DNA of 64,000 nt from assembly GCA_963770415.1 (NCBI GenBank), contig CAVYPU010000005.1, positions 1,596 through 65,595 of the forward strand. Reading direction: 5' to 3'. Every line of letters starts with the position of its first letter. The stretch's first letter is position 1. This document shows, piece after piece, positions 57,819 to 64,000 of this stretch. Position numbers and translations under genes: made by a program. This DNA comes from an uncultured Acidobacteriota bacterium. Lineage in GTDB: Bacteria; Acidobacteriota; Terriglobia; UBA7540. A model generated the notes under the pieces. The model searched no databases. It saw only the letters and a program-made list of their open reading frames with translations, and was not told the origin of the DNA.

Positions 57819-59096
57819 TTATCCCTTCTTTGAATACGCCTTGATCACTTTCACTATTGCATGCGCGATCTGCTTCGTGTCTTCTTCCGAGAAGGTGGGG
57901 AAGGGGAACACCGTGAACGTGTGCGTCTCGTGCCAGAGCGCATTCGGGACCTTGACCTGCGAGTAGTCCACGCTTGCGGGGTTGGCGTATTCCTTGGAGC
58001 GGAAGGGGAATCCCGACCGGCCGAAGGAGTTGAACTCGCGGAAGGCGCGCTCGGTGTGGCATTGCGGCCAGAACACTTTCCAGCACGGTGCGCCCTCTGC
58101 GCCCGCCGCTTCGACGAATTGCTGAATCGTACAATTCATGTTCTCGATATCGAGCGAGAACGCCATGGTGTACCAGCCGTTCTGGCGCTCCGGCGTATCG
58201 ATGGGGCCATACTTGATCTCCGGCCTCGCGCACAGCGCCTCCATTATGATGTGGGCGTTCCTGCGGCGCGCCGGCATGTTCCAGTTGTCAATGCGATCGA
58301 GTTCTGCAAGCCCGATCGCCGACTGCATTTCCGTCATGCGGTAGTTCCATCCCACCATGTTGTGGATGTAGGGGAGTTTCTGCTCGAGCTCCATAAGCGC
58401 CAGGCGCTCCTTCACGTCGTAGCCGTGGTCGCGGAAGCTGCGCGCGCGCCACGCCAGGTCCTCGTCGTCAGTCGTGACCATTCCGCCTTCGCCGCCGGTC
58501 GTGAACGTCTTGTTCTGGCAGAAACTGCAGGCCGACATTTCTCCCATGGTGCCTGTCTTCTTGCCTTTGTACTTCCCGCCAAAGGCTTCCGCGTTGTCTT
58601 CGATCAGGAAAAGGTTGTGGCGCTTGGCAAAGGCCAGCAGCTTGTCCATGTCGCACACGTTGCCATATAGGTGCACGGGTATGATGGCTTTGGTACGCTC
58701 GTTCACCAGCTTCTCAGCCGATTCAACGCTGATGCAGTGGTCCTCGATGTTCACGTCCGCGAAGCGCGGGATCGCGCCCGCCTGCACCACGGAGAAACTG
58801 GTGGCGATGAACGTGTAGCTCGGGACGATCACCTCGTCGCCCGGGCCAATGCCCAAGGCGGTCAGGGCCACATGCAGCGCCGCCGTGCCCGTCGCCACGC
58901 TGATGGCGTACTTGCTGCCTTGCCATTCCGCAAACTTGCTCTCGAATTCCATGCCGCGCTTTCCGGTCCAGTAGTTGACCTTCCCGGACCTCAGCACGTC
59001 CGTGACGGCTGCGATTGCCTTCTCGTCGAAGTGCGGCCAGCCTTGCAATTTGTTTGTTACCGCCTTCGGGCCACCTTCGATGGCTAGTCTTTCCAT
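57819..59096 (-). CDS. DegT/DnrJ/EryC1/StrS-family PLP aminotransferase (second copy)
   Basis: 'MERLAIEGGPKAV', 'ATGTAALHVALTALGIGPGDEVIVPSYTFIATSFSV', 'IIPVHLYGNVCDMD' and 'CSFCQNKTFTTGGEGG'. GAGGAGG lies upstream of ATG 59096. Confidence 0.9.
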   Translation of the reverse strand: MERLAIEGGPKAVTNKLQGWPHFDEKAIAAVTDVLRSGKVNYWTGKRGMEFESKFAEWQGSKYAISVATGTAALHVALTALGIGPGDEVIVPSYTFIATSFSVVQAGAIPRFADVNIEDHCISVESAEKLVNERTKAIIPVHLYGNVCDMDKLLAFAKRHNLFLIEDNAEAFGGKYKGKKTGTMGEMSACSFCQNKTFTTGGEGGMVTTDDEDLAWRARSFRDHGYDVKERLALMELEQKLPYIHNMVGWNYRMTEMQSAIGLAELDRIDNWNMPARRRNAHIIMEALCARPEIKYGPIDTPERQNGWYTMAFSLDIENMNCTIQQFVEAAGAEGAPCWKVFWPQCHTERAFREFNSFGRSGFPFRSKEYANPASVDYSQVKVPNALWHETHTFTVFPFPTFSEEDTKQIAHAIVKVIKAYSKKG

Positions 59097-59215
59097 TTCA
59101 AATCCTCCTCTTGTAAGTTCAGTATCAACCAAGTACAGTATCGCCCCCCAAAAGCCACACCTATCAGCCTTGGGGTTCTTATCACCTTTAACGGAAGGAT
59201 GTCAAGGATAGCGGA

Positions 59216-60157
59216 TCACACCTTGGTCGGCGCAACCTTCTTGATCCACTCGCGAGTCCAATCCACCGCCTCGAAGCCCAGGTCGAAGGTGGTTCCGCCG
59301 TACACGCAGATGCCCTCGATGCGGCCGCTGCGCAGCCAACTCAGAGCCTGTTCGCACTGTTTCTGCATGAGCGGAACCGGCATGCCCGTCCACGCCGGAG
59401 TCTTGCCTTCGTTCAGTGCAGTTGTATAGAGGCCCACCATCTTGCGGCACCGGGGGACGAGCTTGTCAAGCTGGGCGATATAAGAATCCACGTTGGCCAA
59501 CTCTTCGGGCTTCCACATCCAAAGCGTGATCACGTCGATCTGCTTCAGATGTTCGGCGATAGGCAGTTTCAACTGGTGGGCGTAGAACGTCAGGTAAATG
59601 TCCATCTTCTTTGTCGGGCCTTTGAGCTGCCGCTGGACGTCGCGTAATTGGTCCACCGAGAGGCTTCCGACCCCTTCGCCGGTTTTGGGTTTGTCATGGA
59701 AGAAGTCGTCCAGGTAGACGCCGACCATGTTGGGAAACTTCTGAAGCATGCTCAGAACTTGCTTTCTTTCCCAATCATGGGTAACGCCGCCGGCGCCCGT
59801 CAGCGACCATGCGACGCGCTTGAGCATCGTGAGCGGCACCATGTACTGCTCGAAGGGCGGCTCGAACGGTTTGTACTGGCCCTCCTCGCCCTTGCCCGGA
59901 TACTGTTGCACCATGAAGATGTTCGGAATCCCCATGTAAACGGCCGCCTCGAATGGCGACATCACCGAGCGCTTGCGGAGAATACCCCAGTCGGCGTTGG
60001 TGGGGTTGCTGAACAGCCACAGCTTGTCGCGGACTGTGCCCTCCTTGGGCGCGGCAAGCTGCCCCCAGGCGGGCAGTGAAAGTCCGCAGCTTGCCGCCGC
60101 GGCAGTTTGGAGGAATTGCCGCCGGTGTATCTTCAAGCCTGATTGATTGCTGTTCAT
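59216..60157 (-). CDS. Tat-signal protein of unassigned family, paralogue 1
   Basis: 'IHRRQFLQTAAAASCGLSLPAWGQ', then 'GTVRDKLWLFSNPTNADWGILRKRSVMSPFEAAVYMGIPN', 'AGGVTHDWERKQV', 'VGVYLDDFFHD', 'MQKQCEQALSWLRSGRIEGICVYGG' and 'WTREWIKKV'. GGAGG lies 9 nt upstream of the ATG. Confidence 0.85.
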   Translation of the reverse strand: MNSNQSGLKIHRRQFLQTAAAASCGLSLPAWGQLAAPKEGTVRDKLWLFSNPTNADWGILRKRSVMSPFEAAVYMGIPNIFMVQQYPGKGEEGQYKPFEPPFEQYMVPLTMLKRVAWSLTGAGGVTHDWERKQVLSMLQKFPNMVGVYLDDFFHDKPKTGEGVGSLSVDQLRDVQRQLKGPTKKMDIYLTFYAHQLKLPIAEHLKQIDVITLWMWKPEELANVDSYIAQLDKLVPRCRKMVGLYTTALNEGKTPAWTGMPVPLMQKQCEQALSWLRSGRIEGICVYGGTTFDLGFEAVDWTREWIKKVAPTKV

Positions 60158-60316
60158 TGAACGTGCCTCCAGGTGATTGAGAGTTTCAGATTAGGATGTT
60201 ACGGACGGCGTTCCTGCGATTCCGTCACTGTCAACGTGAGCGACTATTCCATGAAGGTGTGAAAAAATCAAGCGGTGTCATGCTGGGCGAAGACGCTATA
60301 ATCCCTCTGCTCACCA

Positions 60317-60470
60317 CTGTGCATGAAAAAAGGCTGGATTTTCGCTCCCCCGCTTTCGCGGAGGACAAGTTTCGCGGGAATGACAGACTAGGCGTCAACC
60401 CCGCGAAAGCGGGGGATCCATTGATGATGTCTCGGCCTATTTTTCATAGCAGCGAAGAATCTCTGCAGTT
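60317..60470. repeat. composite REP-bearing element (copy B)
   Basis: The ends ctgtgcatgaaaaaaggc (60317-60334) and ggcctatttttcatagcag (60434-60452) flank REP cores at 60345-60420. The trailing cgaagaatctctgcagtt matches copy A. Confidence 0.75.
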
Positions 60471-60502
60471 CCGATGATTAACGACGTAATTGGTCCGGAT
60501 TG

Positions 60503-60580
60503 GACCCCCTCACCCGTCCCGCGACGGCTGGTGAAAACGCTGTCGCGCGCCACCCTCTCCCCCAAGGGGGAGAGGGCTGG
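60503..60580 (+). repeat. ~78-nt intercistronic palindromic element, copy C
   Basis: gaccccctcacccgtcccgcgacggctggtgaaaacgctgtcgcgcgccaccctctcccccaagggggagagggctgg. The terminal hairpin ccctctccccc/gggggagaggg is perfect. Confidence 0.85.
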
Positions 60581-60606
60581 GATTTCACGCTCGGAGGAGG
60601 GAATGA

Positions 60607-61530
60607 TCAGAGCCTAGTCTCCCCGACTTTTTGAATCCACTCGCGAGCCCACTTGATGGAATCCCAGCCAAAGTCAAAGAAGTTTCCGTAAATAATGATC
60701 CCTTCGATCTTGCCTTGCCGGAGCCATTCGAGACCCACTTCGCACTGATGCTGCATCTTGGCAACTGGGAGTGGCAGCCACTTGGGAGTTCGCTTTCCAT
60801 CGTAGTCGGCGGTATAACACCCGAGGAGGATTCGCGACCCGGGCGCCAATTTCTTCAGGCTGTCAAGATTCTCGTCGAGGTGGTCGATATCAGCGGTCTC
60901 GCCCGTCCAGAAAGTAATCACATCAATCAGCTTCAAGTACTCGGCGACCGGGCGCTTCAACATCTGGGTATAGAACGTGACGTACAGATCAAGCTTCTTG
61001 CTGCCTCCCTTGAGTTCATGCTGAACAGCGCGCAACTCCTCAAGCGACAGACTCGCCACCTTCGCTCCCTCCTCGGTGAAGAAGTCGTCCATAAAGACGC
61101 CAACGAAGTTGGGCGTGCGGCGGGCCATTGCCAGCACTTGCTTCCGCTCCCAGTCCATGGTGACCCCGCCTGCATCCACAATGGACCAGACCACCCGCTT
61201 CTCGACTTGCAAGGGAAAAGCATACAGCTCAAACGGAGGCACCCAGGGCATGTACCATCCATCCTGGCCTGGTTTCAAAGGAGCCCTGCCGTTTCGCTCG
61301 GGATACTGATTGACCATGATCATGTTGGGAACGCCGAGGTAGACTGCGCCCTCGAGAGGCGTAATTACCGACCGCTTGCGCACATACTCATAGTCGCCAT
61401 TCACGGGATTGCAGAACACCCACAACCGGTCGCGGACCGTGCCCGGCTTGGGCGGGATGAGCTGTCCAAAAGCGCACAGTGAGAATCCGCAGCTTGCCGC
61501 CGCAGTTTGGAGAAATTGACGACGGTGCAT
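60607..61530 (-). CDS. Tat-signal protein of unassigned family, paralogue 2
   Basis: 'MHRRQFLQTAAASCGFSLCAFGQ', 'GTVRDRLWVFCNPVNGDYEYVRKRSVITPLEGAVYLGVPN', 'AGGVTMDWERKQV', 'VGVFMDDFFTE', 'MQHQCEVGLEWLRQGKIEGIIIYGN' and 'WAREWIQKV'. The 108 upstream codons of ORF 60607..61854 are translated repeats. Confidence 0.85.
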   Translation of the reverse strand: MHRRQFLQTAAASCGFSLCAFGQLIPPKPGTVRDRLWVFCNPVNGDYEYVRKRSVITPLEGAVYLGVPNMIMVNQYPERNGRAPLKPGQDGWYMPWVPPFELYAFPLQVEKRVVWSIVDAGGVTMDWERKQVLAMARRTPNFVGVFMDDFFTEEGAKVASLSLEELRAVQHELKGGSKKLDLYVTFYTQMLKRPVAEYLKLIDVITFWTGETADIDHLDENLDSLKKLAPGSRILLGCYTADYDGKRTPKWLPLPVAKMQHQCEVGLEWLRQGKIEGIIIYGNFFDFGWDSIKWAREWIQKVGETRL

Positions 61531-61586
61531 CGCTCGTGTCCTGTTACCCAAATTCGTTGCATAAATATCCGGCTGTGAGGATGTCT

Positions 61587-61769
61587 CCGCAGCCCCGTCA
61601 GGGGCGGCAGCATGTAGCCTACGGCGCGAGCCGTGGGTCAGGATGGGCTCCCTCACCCCCGTCCCCTCTCCCGCCGACGCGGGAGAGGGGTGCCGAAGGC
61701 GGGGTGAGGGCTGTCCAACCCAGGGCTTTCGCCCTGGGCCGCATGCTGTCGCCCCTGACGGGGCTGCGG
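61587..61769. repeat. 183-nt foldback element with 28-bp terminal inverted repeats (27/28)
   Basis: The arms are ccgcagccccgtcaggggcggcagcatg (61587-61614) and catgctgtcgcccctgacggggctgcgg (61742-61769). The interior holds the nested hairpins cccctctcccgc-cgac-gcgggagagggg and cccagggc-tttc-gccctggg. Confidence 0.85.
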
Positions 61770-61866
61770 TAACGCTTGACTTAGTCAACGAATTTACGTT
61801 ACAGGACACTTGGCCCGCACGATGGTTTGACATGTCACAAGCCTCCACGTTCAAGAAAATACCGGA

Positions 61867-62820
61867 TCAGAGCTGGGTGTCCCCGACCTTCCGGATCCAC
61901 TCGCGTGCCCAGCGCATGCATTCCCAGTCGAAGTCGAGGAAGTTGCCATAGATGCATATGCCATCGATTCGGCGCTGGAGGAGCCATCGCAAACCCACCT
62001 CACACTGGTGTTGCATGGCGGGAACCGGCAGGGCCGTCCAATGGGGAACTTGCTTGCCGTCAAAGGCGGCAGTATAGCAGGAGAGGATTATTCGGGATTG
62101 GGGAGCGAGTTTCTCGAGCTTGGCCAGGTTCGCTTCCAGATTCGCGAGCTCCGCCGGCTCCCAGGTCGCTATCGAGATCACGTCGCACAGCGCCAGATAC
62201 TCGCCGATGGGCCGATCCAACTGGTTTGTGTAGAGGGTCACGTACAAATCCAGTTTCTTTCCGGGGCCTTTGAGCTGCCGCCGAATGCCGCGAAGTTGAT
62301 CGAGTGTCAGGCTGGCGGGCGCGGGATCCGACTTGTCATGGAAGAAGTCGTCCATGTAGATCCCCACAATATTGGGTTCCTTGAAAGCCATGGCCATGAC
62401 TTCTTTTCTCTCGGAGTCATGGGTGACACCACCCGCGCCCACAATAGACCAAACCACCCGTTTAAGCATTCTCAAGGGGAACGCGTATTGCTCGATAGGC
62501 GATTCCCAGGGCTTATACTCTATCTTCCGGTACATCTCTTCCTCGCCGGCCCCGGGGTATTGGTTGGTCATGATGATGTTCGGCGCACCCATGTATACCG
62601 CGCTTTCGAACGGCGACATCACAGTCCGCCGGCGGACGATATCGTAGTCGGCGTTAATGGGATTGCAGAATACCCACAACCTGTCCCGAACCGTGCCCGG
62701 CTGCACGGGGCATAGTTGGCCGGCGGCGGAATGAGGCAATGCCAAGCCCGCAGAGATGGCTGCTAGGGACTCGAGAAAGCGGCGACGAGAGGCCACGATA
62801 CCGGCTTCCGTCCTTTTCAT
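61867..62820 (-). CDS. Tat-signal protein of unassigned family, paralogue 3
   Basis: 'SRRRFLESLAAISAGLALPHSAAGQ', 'GTVRDRLWVFCNPINADYDIVRRRTVMSPFESAVYMGAPN', 'AGGVTHDSERKEV', 'VGIYMDDFFHD', 'MQHQCEVGLRWLLQRRIDGICIYGN' and 'WAREWIRKV'. Confidence 0.85.
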   Translation of the reverse strand: MKRTEAGIVASRRRFLESLAAISAGLALPHSAAGQLCPVQPGTVRDRLWVFCNPINADYDIVRRRTVMSPFESAVYMGAPNIIMTNQYPGAGEEEMYRKIEYKPWESPIEQYAFPLRMLKRVVWSIVGAGGVTHDSERKEVMAMAFKEPNIVGIYMDDFFHDKSDPAPASLTLDQLRGIRRQLKGPGKKLDLYVTLYTNQLDRPIGEYLALCDVISIATWEPAELANLEANLAKLEKLAPQSRIILSCYTAAFDGKQVPHWTALPVPAMQHQCEVGLRWLLQRRIDGICIYGNFLDFDWECMRWAREWIRKVGDTQL

Positions 62821-62871
62821 TGGACGCCTCCATCACTCAGGGTGGTCCGGCAGCTTCCGGGTTGGAACTCG

Positions 62872-64000
62872 CTAAAAGTGAAGCTTCACGGCGACCTGTC
62901 CGATGCGCGGGCTATTGGCCGAGGTGATATCGCCAAAGTTGCCCGCCGTGATGTTGCCCACGGGCGTCGTGAACTGAGCGTGGTTGAACACGTTAAAGAA
63001 CTCCGCCCGAAAATCAAGGGACGTATGCTCGGTGATGCGGACGTTTTTGAAAAGCGACATATCCCAGTTGTTCAGGCCGGGGCCATGAAAGAAGCGGCGA
63101 TTCGCGGTGCCCTGCTGGCCGAGCGCCTCGGAGGTAAAGGGGTCCGTCGAAAACTGTTGGAAGCCATTCGAGTTCCGCGGGTTGAAATGCTGGATCGGCT
63201 GGTTGTTATAGTCGGGGAAATCCACCGCGGAGTTGCCCAGGATCTCGCAACCACAGAGTGAATTGTCATCCGTCTCGGAGAGCGAAACCGGGACACCGGT
63301 GGTAAAGCGAGTGACGCCTGCGATCTCCCAGCCCGAGAGCGCTCTGAATAAAATGCCGTTTTTGCTGTGCGTGAGGTGGTGGAACGGCAAATCATAAGAG
63401 TAGCTGAACACAAAGTTGTGCGTCATGTCGAAGACCGAAAGCGATTTGCTGAGCCTGTAGTTGAACGGGTTGATCAGGTCCAGAAATTGCGAGGCGTCGT
63501 CGAGTGCTTTCGAATAGGTGTAGGCGCCGAGGAGACGGAACGCTCCCACTTGCTTGTTGACGGAAAGTTGCAGGGCGTTGTAGTTCGAGTTGCCCATGGT
63601 CGCTTCCCAGGTGCTATCCAGGAAGTCCAGCAACCCTTGGCTGAGGTAGCGCCCCGAAGTGACCGAGTAGGGGCGCGTGCCATTGAAGGTTTGCCCGCCG
63701 ATCGAGTAAATGCCGTCTTCGCCGCCTGGGCCGCATCCCTGGCCCGCCAGCCCTGCGGCATTGTACAGGCTGGCGATTTGAAGGCATTCCGCCGCGTTGG
63801 CGGGGTTGTAATCCACCTCGGAGAAGAGGTGGTGGCCGCGCGTCCCCACATACCCGATGGTGAAAACCGTCGATTTGGCAAGTTCCCGTTGAATGGTGAT
63901 GTTGAAGTCCTCCGAGTAGGGAGTGACATTGGTGGTTTGATAACCCACGCCATTGATGGGCAGGAACGAGGCGAAACTCACATCGGGCGACAAGGGTGGA
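62872..64000 (-). CDS. TonB-dependent receptor, C-terminal barrel portion (5' end beyond the window)
   Basis: The barrel tail 'FFHGPGLNNWDMSLFKNVRITEHTSLDFRAEFFNVFNHAQFTTPVGN...IGQVAVKLHF' parallels the C-termini of the other two TBDRs. The frame is open to the window edge. Confidence 0.85.
   Translation of the reverse strand, partial: PPLSPDVSFASFLPINGVGYQTTNVTPYSEDFNITIQRELAKSTVFTIGYVGTRGHHLFSEVDYNPANAAECLQIASLYNAAGLAGQGCGPGGEDGIYSIGGQTFNGTRPYSVTSGRYLSQGLLDFLDSTWEATMGNSNYNALQLSVNKQVGAFRLLGAYTYSKALDDASQFLDLINPFNYRLSKSLSVFDMTHNFVFSYSYDLPFHHLTHSKNGILFRALSGWEIAGVTRFTTGVPVSLSETDDNSLCGCEILGNSAVDFPDYNNQPIQHFNPRNSNGFQQFSTDPFTSEALGQQGTANRRFFHGPGLNNWDMSLFKNVRITEHTSLDFRAEFFNVFNHAQFTTPVGNITAGNFGDITSANSPRIGQVAVKLHF

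Noticed and set aside
61531-61854. 108-codon N-terminal extension of paralogue 2 in ORF 60607..61854
   Set aside because: It reads through the 183-nt foldback element ('PSPASAGEGTGVRE...AAPDGAAE'). The Tat signal 'MHRRQFLQ' at ATG 61530 aligns with the starts of the other two paralogues.
1-64000. tRNA, rRNA, tmRNA or other classical RNA genes
   Set aside because: Scanning the intergenic regions by eye, I found no T-loop-type GGTTCGAATCC motifs in cloverleaf context and no rRNA-like segments. This is a visual screen only. A tRNAscan/Infernal run would be decisive.

Overview
GC-rich chromosomal window. The gene content points to an Acidobacteriota-type genome: two ADOP 'acidobacterial duplicated orphan permeases', three CarboxypepD_reg-type TonB-dependent receptors (TBDRs), and many twin-arginine (Tat) signal enzymes. 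I support about 42 protein-coding loci. I saw no rRNA, tRNA, CRISPR array, integrase or transposase. Layout: (1) 50-1775 holds an OYE flavoenzyme and a flavin reductase. (2) 2108-12201 is a minus-strand locus: TBDR -> PIG-L deacetylase -> Zn-ADH -> Gfo/Idh/MocA -> DegT aminotransferase -> Na+/solute symporter. (3) 12353-17363 holds an OmpA remnant and a polyamine island (agmatine deiminase, a bacterial deoxyhypusine-synthase homologue, a PLP decarboxylase) split by a Phd/VapC toxin-antitoxin pair. (4) 17421-30228 holds ThuA, an unknown secreted protein, two ADOP permeases, a PNPOx-like protein, and an MFS transporter followed by a large Tat-signal GH-like protein. (5) 30238-35516 holds an internally deleted MttB remnant, a gene broken by four frameshifts, an orphan hypF and an epimerase. 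(6) 36034-44143 holds a Gfo/Idh/MocA gene, a 1.2-kb gene-free repeat array and an RND efflux operon. (7) 44215-53201 holds a small protein, a DUF4380-like protein, a dihaem cytochrome c, a second TBDR and a TPR protein. (8) 53333-64000 is a minus-strand locus: TBDR (partial) -> three tandem paralogues of an unassigned Tat-signal protein family -> DegT -> two Gfo/Idh/MocA -> PuuP-like APC permease. Block 8 is my best candidate for undescribed biology. Two window-wide features stand out. Intergenic DNA is saturated with several families of nested palindromic REP/MITE-like repeats. At least 16 frame breaks affect 9 otherwise recognisable genes, and these are either assembly indels or real decay. 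All family calls come from motif recognition by eye; no database search was run.
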